Source: Sedimentisphaerales bacterium (GTDB taxonomy: Bacteria > Planctomycetota > Phycisphaerae > Sedimentisphaerales > Anaerobacaceae). Taken from it: 42,672 nucleotides of DNA. A program made the translations under genes and the position numbers. Below are positions 24,128 to 33,495 of the stretch, piece by piece (positions within the stretch are counted from its first letter, which is position 1; every line of letters starts with the position of its first letter). The stretch spans positions 1 through 42,672 of the forward strand of contig JAFGTU010000432.1 of NCBI GenBank assembly GCA_016933985.1, in the 5' to 3' direction. The notes beneath the pieces were generated by a model that saw only the letters and a list, made by a program, of their open reading frames with translations, searched no databases and was not told the DNA's origin.

Positions 24128-24368
24128 TATCGTGCCTTATGTGTAAAGCCGTTTCTGGCGAATTAGTCGGTACTCTTGTGGTCTGGGAGATTTGGGCCGG
24201 TTCCCACACTCAGAGCAAGAGGTTGGTTCGTGTGATTGTGCTGCAGGCGAGGCCTTGAGCAGACGTTTCTGAGTTTACTTGGATGGCTGCAAATTGTGGG
24301 TTTAGATGGGATTTTGTTAAAATGGCGAGTGTTGTGTCCGTCAGCAGCGTTAATCGGGGTCGTGTGGC

Positions 24369-25469
24369 ATGAGCGATTTTGACATTAACAGCTTACTTGC
24401 AGAGGTGAGTGCCGAGTCGCCTTGTGGTGAAGATGTTTCTTATGACGAAACGTACTTGGCCCTGGAGAACATTGTCCAACCAAAACCACAAACCGCAGTC
24501 GGCCAAGCGGATGTTCAGGAACCCAAGTGGTCCGAAGTCCTTGAAAAAGCCTCCGAACTGCTCCAGCGGTCAAAGAACCTCAGAGTTGCTTTGTATGTTA
24601 CCCTTGCACTATTGAAGCTGAAGGGGATCCCCGGCTTGCGGGATGGATTACTGCTGGTTCGCGGCCTGCTGGAGCGATACTGGGATTGTCTTTATCCCCA
24701 GCTCGACCCGGACGACGACAATGATCCCGTTGAAAGGATGAATATCCTCATGTCGTTGTCGCCGCGGTTGGTAAGTGTTCAGGATCCGATGAAATTCAGG
24801 CAGCGAATCTTGGAAGTGCCTCTCTGCAGCTCGCGCAGACTGGGCAGTTTTAGCGCCAGGGACGTCCAGGTGGCAAAGGGACAGATCAAGGTTTCGGACG
24901 AAGAGGCCGCTGAAGCTCCACAGATATCCAAGATTGATGCAGCTTTCAAGGATACGCCTGCGGAACAGCTTGAGACGACGTGGCAAGCCATTCACGAATC
25001 GCTTGAACATATCGCGGCGATAACCAATGGCTTTGCAGAACGAAGCGCCAACAACCAGGCCCCGGATCTGAGTATGCTTGAGAAGCTTCTCAAGGGCATA
25101 GCGGGCTTTGTTCAGGGATACATTGGTGGCGCGCCGAAAACGGCTTCGTCGATGCGGGAAGGTGTGCAGGATATGGATGGAAACAGGGGAGTTGTTACGG
25201 GACAGGCGCTTACTACGTCTGGGATTAACGAGATTCGCTCGCGAGAAGATGTTGTATTTATTCTAAAAAAGGCGTGCGATTATTTCGCCCACAACGAACC
25301 TTCCAGCCCGGTACCTCTGCTTTTACGTAGAGCTCAAAGACTGGTTTCCAAGAGTTTTGTGGAAGTTATTGAAGATGTCTGTCCTGATGCAATGACGCAG
25401 ATTGAAATAATTGGTGGAACCAATAGACCTAGTGATAGCAACCACGAAACGGGCGAGGCCCGAGAATGA
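24369..25469 (+). CDS. tssA: TssA (ImpA-family) T6SS protein
   Basis: ImpA_N signature INSLLAEVSAESPCGEDVSYDETYLALE and the C-terminal EPSSPVPLLLRRAQRL motif typical of short TssA proteins. It is the first gene of the plus arm. Confidence 0.9.
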   Translation: MSDFDINSLLAEVSAESPCGEDVSYDETYLALENIVQPKPQTAVGQADVQEPKWSEVLEKASELLQRSKNLRVALYVTLALLKLKGIPGLRDGLLLVRGLLERYWDCLYPQLDPDDDNDPVERMNILMSLSPRLVSVQDPMKFRQRILEVPLCSSRRLGSFSARDVQVAKGQIKVSDEEAAEAPQISKIDAAFKDTPAEQLETTWQAIHESLEHIAAITNGFAERSANNQAPDLSMLEKLLKGIAGFVQGYIGGAPKTASSMREGVQDMDGNRGVVTGQALTTSGINEIRSREDVVFILKKACDYFAHNEPSSPVPLLLRRAQRLVSKSFVEVIEDVCPDAMTQIEIIGGTNRPSDSNHETGEARE

Positions 25470-25543
25470 TCGGCTAACCACACGTTTGAAACAGGGCCGA
25501 TTATTTTTGGTCCCGCCCGTTATCAGGCAGGAAAGGAGTGAAC

Positions 25544-26077
25544 ATGGCAAAGAAAAAGAAAAGCAGCCAAAAGTTCATACGTCGCAATCGTCCCCCGCGT
25601 GTGCAGATAGAATACGATGTGGAATTGTACGGCTCAGAGCAAAAAGTCAACCTGCCTTTTGTAATGGGAGTGATGGCGGATCTGTCCGGCAGGCCCGAAG
25701 AGAGCTTGCCGGGAGTTGCCGACCGCAAGTTCCTCGAGATCGACGTCGACAACTTCGACGAGCGGCTCAAAGCTGCAAAGCCCAGAGTTGCCTTCCAGGT
25801 GCCCAATACGCTCACCGGCGAGGGGAACATCAGCGTGGACATCAGCTTCGAGAGCATGGATGATTTCTCCCCAGCGGCCGTAGCACGCAAGGTTGATGCC
25901 CTCAATAAGCTGCTTACGGCCCGAACGGAACTGTCAAATCTGATGTCCTATATGGATGGCAAGAGTGGCGCCGAGGAATTGCTGGCCAAGGCCCTCAAAG
26001 ACGAGGCATTGCTGAAGGCCCTGACCTCTGCACCGAAACTGAAAGCCGATGCTACCGAGACTGCTAAGGAGGAATAA
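25544..26077 (+). CDS. tssB: TssB (VipA) small sheath subunit
   Basis: PRVQIEYDVELYGSEQKVNLPFVMGVMADLSG is the classic TssB signature. AAGGAG (25533-25538) lies 5 nt upstream of ATG 25544. The track start at 25538 is a GTG that overlaps the SD. Confidence 0.95.
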   Translation: MAKKKKSSQKFIRRNRPPRVQIEYDVELYGSEQKVNLPFVMGVMADLSGRPEESLPGVADRKFLEIDVDNFDERLKAAKPRVAFQVPNTLTGEGNISVDISFESMDDFSPAAVARKVDALNKLLTARTELSNLMSYMDGKSGAEELLAKALKDEALLKALTSAPKLKADATETAKEE

Positions 26078-26081
26078 TCCA

Positions 26082-27581
26082 ATGGCTGAAGAGCAAAAAA
26101 AGACCCGGGCGCAGCAAGCTGAAGCCGTAGCGATTGAGCCCGGCGAGTTTGAGGCATTGCTCAAGAAAGAGTTCAAGCCTAAGAGTGATCGCCAAAAGGA
26201 GGCTATTGCGTCCGCCGTTCAAACCTTGGCCGAGCAAGCCTTGGCGGGAACGGCTGTTATCTCCGACGATGCGGTCAAAACGATAGAAGCGATTATCGCC
26301 GAGCTGGACAAGAGGCTGTCCGAGCAGATCAACCAGATTATGCATCACCAGGATTTTCAGGCCCTTGAGGGTACCTGGCGAGGACTGAGTCACCTCGTCA
26401 ACAACACGGAAACCGACGAAACGCTAAAAATACGCGTTCTCAACCTTCCGAAGAAGGACTTGGCCAAAACTATCAAGAAATTCAAGGGTGTAGCCTGGGA
26501 CCAAAGCCCCCTCTTCAAGAAGCTGTACGAAGATGAGTTCGGCATGCCGGGCGGCGAGCCATACGGTTGTCTCGTCGGCGATTATCAATTCGACCACACT
26601 CCCCCGGATGTTGAAATACTCAATGGGATAGCTCAGATTGCCGCTGCGGCCCACGCGCCGTTTATCAGTGCCGCCGCGCCGACTCTGATGAATATGGACT
26701 CGTGGCAGGAACTAAGCAATCCTCGCGATCTAACGAAGATATTTCAGACCGCAGAGTATGCACCGTGGCGGTCGCTGCGGGACTCGGATGATTCGAGATA
26801 TATCGGCTTGACGATGCCTCGTTTTCTGGGTAGATTGCCTTACGGCGCAAAGACCGAACCGGTCGAAGAATTCGATTTCGAAGAAGACACTGGGGCCGCG
26901 GATCACTCGAAGTACTTGTGGTCAAATTCGGCATACGCGATGGGAGTGAACATCACGCGTTCTTTCAAGGAATACGGCTGGTGTGCAAGTATTCGCGGAG
27001 TCGAGAGCGGGGGGATTGTCGAAGGCCTGCCCTGTCATACATTCCCGACGGACGACGGCGGGGTGGACATGAAATGCCCGACTGAAATTGGGATCACCGA
27101 CAGACGTGAGGCGGAATTGGCCAAGAACGGCCTGATGCCACTGTCGCATTGGAAGAACCAGGATTATGCGGCCTTTATCGGCGCGCAGTCACTGCAGAAG
27201 GCTGCTGAATATGAAGACCCCGATGCGACCGCAAATGCAAAGCTGGCGGCAAGGCTGCCCTATCTCTTTGCGACATGCCGCTTCGCGCACTACCTAAAGT
27301 GCATCGTCAGGGACAAGATCGGCTCCTTCAAGGAACGTGAGGACATGGCCAGTTGGCTCAATAAATGGATCACACAGTTCGTCACCACCGACCCCAATGC
27401 CTCAGATGAAACCAAGGCCAAGTATCCTCTGGCCGCCGCGGAGGTTGTGGTCGAGGAAATTGAAGGGGACCCGGGATACTATTCCGCCAAGTTCTTCCTG
27501 AGGCCTCATTATCAGCTCGAAGGCCTGACCGTTTCCCTGCGGTTGGTCTCGAAACTACCTTCGGCCAAGGGGGGAGATTAA
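26082..27581 (+). CDS. tssC: TssC (VipB) large sheath subunit
   Basis: A 499-aa VipB-like sequence (HHQDFQALEGTWRGLSHLV, MPRFLGRLPYG, FFLRPHYQLEGL). ATG 26082 is preceded by AAGGAGG. The track start at 26049 would overlap tssB. Confidence 0.95.
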   Translation: MAEEQKKTRAQQAEAVAIEPGEFEALLKKEFKPKSDRQKEAIASAVQTLAEQALAGTAVISDDAVKTIEAIIAELDKRLSEQINQIMHHQDFQALEGTWRGLSHLVNNTETDETLKIRVLNLPKKDLAKTIKKFKGVAWDQSPLFKKLYEDEFGMPGGEPYGCLVGDYQFDHTPPDVEILNGIAQIAAAAHAPFISAAAPTLMNMDSWQELSNPRDLTKIFQTAEYAPWRSLRDSDDSRYIGLTMPRFLGRLPYGAKTEPVEEFDFEEDTGAADHSKYLWSNSAYAMGVNITRSFKEYGWCASIRGVESGGIVEGLPCHTFPTDDGGVDMKCPTEIGITDRREAELAKNGLMPLSHWKNQDYAAFIGAQSLQKAAEYEDPDATANAKLAARLPYLFATCRFAHYLKCIVRDKIGSFKEREDMASWLNKWITQFVTTDPNASDETKAKYPLAAAEVVVEEIEGDPGYYSAKFFLRPHYQLEGLTVSLRLVSKLPSAKGGD

Positions 27582-27686
27582 CTAACTAATATGAGGCGTA
27601 TTGGCGCACGGAGACTTTTCTTCTGTGCAGCAGATTTGAGTGTCGTACCGAATAGAATTGCTTTTTCTTGATTAGGAGATTAGAAA

Positions 27687-28184
27687 ATGGCTTTCGATTG
27701 TTTTTTGAAGATTGATGGAATACCAGGCGAGAGCACCGACGACAAGCATAAAGACTGGATTGAGATATTATCGTTCAGTCACGGTCTTTCCCAAACGGGT
27801 TCGGGAAGCGTAAGCTCCGGCGGCGGACGCAGTGCCGAGCGATGCGACCACCAGGACTTCTCAGTGGTCAAAACTCTCGACAAGGCCTCGCCGAAGCTGG
27901 CGTTGTTCTGTTGCAACGGCACGCATGTTAAGAAGATCACGATGGAGTTGTGCCGGGCGGCTGCCGATAAGCAGAAGTACATGGAATACACGTTATCGGA
28001 CGTGATTGTCAGCAGTGCTCGTCCGGGCGGCTCGTCCCAGGGCGGCGAGGCACTGCCTCTTGAAGAGATAAGCTTCAACTACGGTAAGATCGAATGGGTG
28101 TACACTGAGACCGATCACAAAACGGGAAAACCTAAGGGCGATGTCAAGGCCCATTGGGACCTGAGCCTTAACAAGGGCGGCTGA
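27687..28184 (+). CDS. hcp: Hcp (TssD) tube protein
   Basis: MAFDCFLKIDGIPGESTDDKHKDWIEILSFSHG is a canonical Hcp1-family N-terminus. The protein is 165 aa. AGGAG lies upstream. Confidence 0.95.
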   Translation: MAFDCFLKIDGIPGESTDDKHKDWIEILSFSHGLSQTGSGSVSSGGGRSAERCDHQDFSVVKTLDKASPKLALFCCNGTHVKKITMELCRAAADKQKYMEYTLSDVIVSSARPGGSSQGGEALPLEEISFNYGKIEWVYTETDHKTGKPKGDVKAHWDLSLNKGG

Positions 28185-28276
28185 TACCGTTGTGTTGAAG
28201 GCTTACCGCCGTCTGATATCTCATCTTCTTTGGTTATGCGGCGGGTGTATTTCCTCCCGCGGTAGAGGGTATTGCT

Positions 28277-29080
28277 ATGCGAGCAGAAGAATTAGCGCAA
28301 GCCGGGCAGCTCAGTGAGGCGTTGACTGCCTTGGAGGCCCAGGTTCGGGCTGATCCTACGGATGCAAAGCTGCGAGTCTTTCTCTTCCAGCTACTGTCTG
28401 TCCTGGGCGATTGGGAACGGGCAATCAACCAGTTGAACGTGGCTGCGGAGCTTGACGCCATTAATTTGCTCATGGCTCATGCCTACCGCCCCGCCCTTAA
28501 TTGTGAAGCGTTGAGGACACAGATATTCGCCGGCAACCGCTCGCCGCTTGTCCTCGGCGAGCCGACCGAATGGGTCGGCTGGTTGATACAGGCCAACCAG
28601 TTGGTTGCCGAAGAGAAGTACCGAGCTGCGCAGGAGCTGCGAGAAAAAGCGCTGGACGCGGCACCAGCAATCCCCGGCACTATTAACGGCGACGATTTTG
28701 AGTGGATTGCCGATGCTGATTCGAGGCTCGGTCCGGTATTGGAGGCGATTGTTGACGGCAAATACTACTGGGTGCCGTTCACTGCCGTCAAACAAATACG
28801 AATTGAAGCGCCAGCGAGTCTGCGTGATTTGGTTTGGACTTCCGTCCACTTTACCTGGACGAATGGCGGCGAAGCGGGCGGCCTGATACCCGCGCGGTAT
28901 ATAGGCTCTGAAAGCAGCCGGGACGACACGCTCAAGCTGGCCCGCAAGACCGAATGGGTGGAGCTGCCGGGCTCTACGTCTCTGGGATTGGGGCAGCGGC
29001 TGCTTGCCACCGACCAGGACGACTTCCCCTTGCTGGAAATACGCGAAATCAACTTTGACTACTCACAAGGAGCCCAATAG
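28277..29080 (+). CDS. tagJ: TagJ (ImpE-family) T6SS accessory protein
   Basis: TPR-like N-terminus (AGQLSEALTALEAQVRADPTDAKLRVFLFQLLSVLGDWERA) plus ImpE core motifs: DADSRLGPVLEAIVDGKYYWVPF, LRDLVW, IPARYIGS and GLGQRLLATD. Confidence 0.9.
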   Translation: MRAEELAQAGQLSEALTALEAQVRADPTDAKLRVFLFQLLSVLGDWERAINQLNVAAELDAINLLMAHAYRPALNCEALRTQIFAGNRSPLVLGEPTEWVGWLIQANQLVAEEKYRAAQELREKALDAAPAIPGTINGDDFEWIADADSRLGPVLEAIVDGKYYWVPFTAVKQIRIEAPASLRDLVWTSVHFTWTNGGEAGGLIPARYIGSESSRDDTLKLARKTEWVELPGSTSLGLGQRLLATDQDDFPLLEIREINFDYSQGAQ

Positions 29081-29096
29081 GCCTGCGAAATGGACA

Positions 29097-29603
29097 ATGG
29101 CTAAACTTCGACGAATTGACTCTGTGCTTCCATGCCTGCTGAACCGCCTGACGGATGATCGGCCCGACGTCACTAAGGAGACTACAGCCGAACGCATCAC
29201 ATCGATGCAGAAATACAGAGCGAGTGTGCTTCGCGATCTGGTAAACTTACTGAATTCAAAAGCGCCTCCGGCTGATGATGATATTTACGATTTTGCCGAG
29301 GCTGAGCAGTCCGTGCTGAGCTACGGTGTTCCTGATTTCTGCGGCATGACCATCTCTGACATTGGCGTAAGGGAGTTCGAGAGCAAGTTTGAGCGGGCGA
29401 TTCGGCTGTTTGAGCCGCGAATTGAGAGTAATACTCTTTCCGTTCGCGCGGTTTTTGCTTCCGAGGTGAATCCTAATCGGACACTTGCTCTTGAAATAGA
29501 AGGCCAATTATGGGCCCTGCCCGCTCCGGATCACCTTTTCGTCAGGACTGACCTTGATATGGAAACAGGCCACTGCGAACTTGGGGACTCACCCAATGGA
29601 TAG
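29097..29603 (+). CDS. tssE: TssE (gp25/GPW-like baseplate wedge)
   Basis: LLNRLTDDRPD...YRASVLRDLVNLLNSK...SVLSYGVPDF...ERAIRLFEPRI. Start refined to ATG 29097; the track start at 29004 overlaps tagJ. Confidence 0.9.
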   Translation: MAKLRRIDSVLPCLLNRLTDDRPDVTKETTAERITSMQKYRASVLRDLVNLLNSKAPPADDDIYDFAEAEQSVLSYGVPDFCGMTISDIGVREFESKFERAIRLFEPRIESNTLSVRAVFASEVNPNRTLALEIEGQLWALPAPDHLFVRTDLDMETGHCELGDSPNG

Positions 29604-31479
29604 ACGTTTTCTTGACTTGTACAATCAGGAAATTGCGTATCTTCGCACAATGGGGGCTGAGTTTGCACAGGAGTTTCCAAAAATAGCGGGTCGGCTTGGC
29701 GGATTGGACGAGTTTCAACAGTGTCGTGATCCGTTCGTTGAGCGACTTCTTGAGGGTTTTGCGTTTCTCTCAGCCAGGGTTCAACTGAAGCTTGATTCAG
29801 AATTCCCCAGGTTTACGCAATCGTTGCTTGACACGGTCTATCCCCATTATATGGCGCCGACTCCATCCATGGCTATCGTTCAGTTTGAGCCGGACTTCAG
29901 TGACGGCGGGATAGCCGATGGATTCTTGGTGCCTCGCGGCTCTTCGGTCTTCAGTGTCCTTGCTGATAAAGATGAAACCAGATGTGAATACCGAACGGCA
30001 CATGACGTCAAACTCTGGCCTGTTCAGATAATCGAAGCGAACTACTGCACCCGTGAGTTGGCGTCACTTCAGATCCCCAACTTACCCGATGTCAAAGCAG
30101 GAATTCAGATCCGGATAAAGTCAGTTGGGGGCCTCAGCTTCAGAGAGTTGAAGCTGGATTCCCTGGTGTTTCATCTGATGAGCACCGGCGATCTGCTAAT
30201 GCCTCTGTATGAGCAGTTTTTTGGAGACGCTGTCGGGGTGTTGGTTCAGCCCGCCGCTCGACCTCTCAAGTGGCAGAAGACCCTTGGCCAATCCTCCATC
30301 CGAAGTGTCGGCTTCCAAGGTGCCGAAAAGCTTCTACCCTATGACGCCAGGTCATTCAGTGGATATCGATTGCTCCACGAATATTTCGCTTTTCCCCGAC
30401 GGTTTATGTTCGTCGAATTGTCGCAATTGGGCCCTTCAATAAAGTCTTGCGAGCAAGACCAATTGGACCTGATTATATTGCTGCAGAAACCGAACCTTGC
30501 CCTGGAAGGGGCAATAAACGCAGACAACTTCGCATTGTTTTGCTCGCCCGTAATTAACCTTTTCAATAAGCGCGCCGATAGGATACACGTAACTGACAAG
30601 TCTTTCGAGTTTCATGTCGTCCCTGACAGGACCAGGCCGCAGGACTTTGAAGTTTACAACATTTCCAAGGTTGTCGGCTATGGCAGTCGGTCTGAGGAGC
30701 TGCAAGAGTTTCTCCCCTTCTACTCTGCAAAGGATCCAGGCGATAAAGGAGAGCCCAAAGAAGCCTACTATGTCTCAAACCGACTGCCCAGACCCTTATC
30801 ACCGCGTGAGAAACGCGAAGGGAGAAGGTCAAGCGCGTATGCGGGCAGCGAGGTCTACATTTCGCTTGTGGATGCTTCTTCGGCACCGTATGACCCGGAC
30901 ATAAAGCAGTTGGGCGTAGAGGCTTTGTGCACTAACCGTGATTTGCCCCTGCATATGCCGATTGGGCAGGGAAGGACCGACTTTACTATGGAGAAAGCGG
31001 TGCCTTATACTTCGATTCGTTGCCTTGGAAGAGCATCTTCGCCTGTGCTGTCGCATTGCAGGGGCGAAGTGGCTTGGCGGGCTATCAATCACCTGGCGAC
31101 TAACTATCTTTCAATTACCGATGCAAATGCCCAAGAAGGAGCGTCGGCGCTGCGAGACCTCCTGAGGCTTTACGGTGAAAACGGAAACCTGCAAGACAGC
31201 AAGCAGATTGACGGCATCAGATCCGTAAGCAGCATGCCGATAACTCGACGCATCGCTGCCGGAGGAGCAATTGCATTTGCCAGGGGATTGGAGATAACCG
31301 TGACTTTCGATGAAGCATTCTTTGAGGGCAGCGGAGTATTCTTGCTTGGCGCCGTTCTTGAGCAACTCTTCGCTCGGTATGCTTCCATTAACTCTTTTAC
31401 GGAAACAGTAATCAAGACTCTTGGACGTGGTGAGATAATCCGATGGCCGCTGAGATCAGGACTGAGGCAGATTCTCTGA
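29596..31479 (+). CDS. tssF: TssF baseplate protein
   Basis: MDRRFLDLYNQEIAYLRTMGAEFAQEFPKIAGRLG is the TssF N-terminal signature. ATG 29596 overlaps the tssE stop by 8 nt. Confidence 0.95.
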   Translation: MDRRFLDLYNQEIAYLRTMGAEFAQEFPKIAGRLGGLDEFQQCRDPFVERLLEGFAFLSARVQLKLDSEFPRFTQSLLDTVYPHYMAPTPSMAIVQFEPDFSDGGIADGFLVPRGSSVFSVLADKDETRCEYRTAHDVKLWPVQIIEANYCTRELASLQIPNLPDVKAGIQIRIKSVGGLSFRELKLDSLVFHLMSTGDLLMPLYEQFFGDAVGVLVQPAARPLKWQKTLGQSSIRSVGFQGAEKLLPYDARSFSGYRLLHEYFAFPRRFMFVELSQLGPSIKSCEQDQLDLIILLQKPNLALEGAINADNFALFCSPVINLFNKRADRIHVTDKSFEFHVVPDRTRPQDFEVYNISKVVGYGSRSEELQEFLPFYSAKDPGDKGEPKEAYYVSNRLPRPLSPREKREGRRSSAYAGSEVYISLVDASSAPYDPDIKQLGVEALCTNRDLPLHMPIGQGRTDFTMEKAVPYTSIRCLGRASSPVLSHCRGEVAWRAINHLATNYLSITDANAQEGASALRDLLRLYGENGNLQDSKQIDGIRSVSSMPITRRIAAGGAIAFARGLEITVTFDEAFFEGSGVFLLGAVLEQLFARYASINSFTETVIKTLGRGEIIRWPLRSGLRQIL

Positions 31480-32462
31480 TTGAGAGACTGCAAAATCAAC
31501 CGTGGGAGTTCGATTTCTTCCAGGCGGTGCGGCGACTTGAGTGCGTTTACCGCGGCCGGCCCTTGGTTGGGCGCTCCAAAAGGCCGAAAGAGGATATAGT
31601 GCGTTTTCGGCAGAGTGTATCCTTGGCATTTGCACCCTCAGCCGTTTCTGAATTTCACCCTGCTGCCGACCAGCCAATTCCACGAATGTTTGTGCGGTTT
31701 ATGGGCCTTCTTGGAACCAACGGACCCATGCCGCTGCACTTGACACAACATGTTCGTGACCGGATACGCGGACACGGGGATCGCACTCTTGCAAGTTTCC
31801 TGGATATCTTTAATCACCGCATGATATCCTTGTTCTATCGAGCTTGGGCGTGCAACCAACAGAATGTCAGCTACGACCGAATGGGAGAAGACCGGTTCGC
31901 CGCGTACATTGGCAGCCTATTTGGAATAGGAGAAGCCTCCTTCAGAAATCGAGATTCCGTCGCCGATCTTGCCAAACTGCACTATTCGGGCCGCTTGGTC
32001 TTGCAAACAAAGAATGCCGAAGGTCTGCAGGCGATTCTGCAAGACTACTTCGGGATTCCCGTACATATAAGGCAGTTTGTGGGTCAGTGGCTCAGCCTCT
32101 CATCGGAGTACCGCTGTCGCCTGGGAAGTTCACCTGAAAGCGCGGAGATTGGACATACTCTAATTGTGGGCGACCGGTTCTGGGAGTGTCGGCAAAAATT
32201 TAGAATAGAGTTTGGGCCGATGGGTTTTTCCGACTATTTGAGGATGTTGCCGGGGGGAGAAAGCCTCCTCAGGCTCATCGCATGGGTAAGGAACTATGTT
32301 GGAGATGAATTGAATTGGGAGCTGCAGTTGATATTGAACAGAAGCCAAGTGCCTGGTACCTGTCTTGGAAAAACAGGCAGGCTGGGATGGTATTCATGGC
32401 TCAAAAGCAAGCCGTTTGAAAGTCACGCCGATGACCTGGTGCTTAGGGGTCTCGTGGCCTAA
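31443..32462 (+). CDS. tssG: TssG baseplate protein
   Basis: QPWEFDFFQAVRRLE signature. The gene overlaps the tssF 3' end by 37 nt. Confidence 0.9.
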   Translation: MAAEIRTEADSLIERLQNQPWEFDFFQAVRRLECVYRGRPLVGRSKRPKEDIVRFRQSVSLAFAPSAVSEFHPAADQPIPRMFVRFMGLLGTNGPMPLHLTQHVRDRIRGHGDRTLASFLDIFNHRMISLFYRAWACNQQNVSYDRMGEDRFAAYIGSLFGIGEASFRNRDSVADLAKLHYSGRLVLQTKNAEGLQAILQDYFGIPVHIRQFVGQWLSLSSEYRCRLGSSPESAEIGHTLIVGDRFWECRQKFRIEFGPMGFSDYLRMLPGGESLLRLIAWVRNYVGDELNWELQLILNRSQVPGTCLGKTGRLGWYSWLKSKPFESHADDLVLRGLVA

Positions 32463-32535
32463 CAGTCGGCGGCACACTCACGGTGCGACTTCATGAGAAA
32501 ACGTTGCATTCTGAGGACAATCGGCGGTTGCTTAT

Positions 32536-33474
32536 GTGCAAATTGGAGATTTCTTTGATATGGGCAATGATGAAGAGTTCAAACAGCAAGTTAGAGTAAC
32601 GGCAAGTCGTCTTCGTTTGGTCGGAGTTGATTTTGCCGATGAGGACCAGGGGTCGAGGGTTGGGTGCCTTTGTGAGGAGATTGAACGCGCTTTGAAAAGT
32701 ATCGTTCCCGACAAGCGGAGGGCATTTCTGGAACAGTTAATGGAGAGATTTCCAACGGAATGGTTGTGTGGTCAGCCTGCGCAGGGCGAACCTGGGACCG
32801 AACAGGATAAGCTCGATGACCCAGATTACCTTGCCAGCCGGCTCGTGGAGCAACTTCCAAAGCTTACTCCTGAAAAGAAGAACTCAATTGCCGCGGATCT
32901 TCAGAACGCAGGTTTAGGATTGTTGGCAGAGAAAGCCTTTTCGGATCAATTGGTGCAGGATTTCAAAGCAGCACTTGGGATTGCCAGCTCGGCAGAGATT
33001 GACGGAGATCGACTGGTCGAGCTTGTGAGCATACTTGCGAAGTTCATTGTTTCGCTTGAGCCCAAAATATGGCACGTTTGGAGGAGCTTGTCGCCAAGAT
33101 CAAGAATTCGTCGCCCCAAGAACCTCACGGGTACTCTGGGACAACTGGTAGTTGCGGATTCTAAGGTGTTCCCGGGCCAGGTCGAGCAAGAGCTGGCAGC
33201 GTTGGGCGGATTAATCATGTCGGTTATGGCGGCGGTGAACGAGGCAGGGAGCCAGTTCTCCCGGCAATATGTCAGGAGGTTCTCGCCTTCAGCAATTTCA
33301 GGTTTGGTGGAAATGGAAGATAAAGGCGGGTTCTTCGCCGGCAGCCAGGAAGCTAAATGTTGGCGCAAGTATTGTGAGCTAACAGGACATTTGACGGAAG
33401 ATTCGGTTGTGGCGGAGATGAAGCGTATTATCGCTGATTACGTGGAGTCTCTGATGCAAAGGAGGGGTGGATAA
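32536..33474 (+). CDS. Hypothetical 312-aa (or 304-aa) soluble protein embedded between tssG and tssK
   Basis: Uninterrupted ORF in operon context, ending 21 nt before tssK. The track start is a GTG at 32536. ATG 32560 (MGNDEEF) has a GGAG about 10 nt upstream and may be the true start. The protein is predicted helical and acidic at the N-terminus. I see no lipobox, TM helix, FHA or PP2C motif. Confidence 0.6.
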   Translation: MQIGDFFDMGNDEEFKQQVRVTASRLRLVGVDFADEDQGSRVGCLCEEIERALKSIVPDKRRAFLEQLMERFPTEWLCGQPAQGEPGTEQDKLDDPDYLASRLVEQLPKLTPEKKNSIAADLQNAGLGLLAEKAFSDQLVQDFKAALGIASSAEIDGDRLVELVSILAKFIVSLEPKIWHVWRSLSPRSRIRRPKNLTGTLGQLVVADSKVFPGQVEQELAALGGLIMSVMAAVNEAGSQFSRQYVRRFSPSAISGLVEMEDKGGFFAGSQEAKCWRKYCELTGHLTEDSVVAEMKRIIADYVESLMQRRGG

Positions 33475-33495
33475 CTTGAGGCAGGAGAACAACTC

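Noticed and set aside
23713-24166. 74-aa and 70-aa plus-strand ORFs in the divergent intergenic region
   Set aside because: The first begins with TTG and neither has an SD. Both have highly basic or irregular composition. They overlap the hairpin and promoter candidates and are probably non-coding.
26049-26081. Upstream-extended starts offered by the ORF track for tssC (26049), tssE (29004), tssF (29554), tssB (25538), tssM (35614), clpV (20647), the LysM gene (15467) and the lipoproteins (7809, 42105)
   Set aside because: In each case a downstream ATG has a well-spaced AAGGAG/GGAG Shine-Dalgarno site and begins at the family-typical N-terminus. The extended start is often TTG or GTG, overlaps the preceding gene or sits on the SD itself.
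27606-27628. Hairpin in the tssC-hcp spacer (gcacgga ... ttctgtgc, 7 bp including one G-U pair, 9-nt loop)
   Set aside because: The stem is short and imperfect with no U-tract. It is not convincing as a terminator or attenuator, although it could modestly affect hcp mRNA stability.
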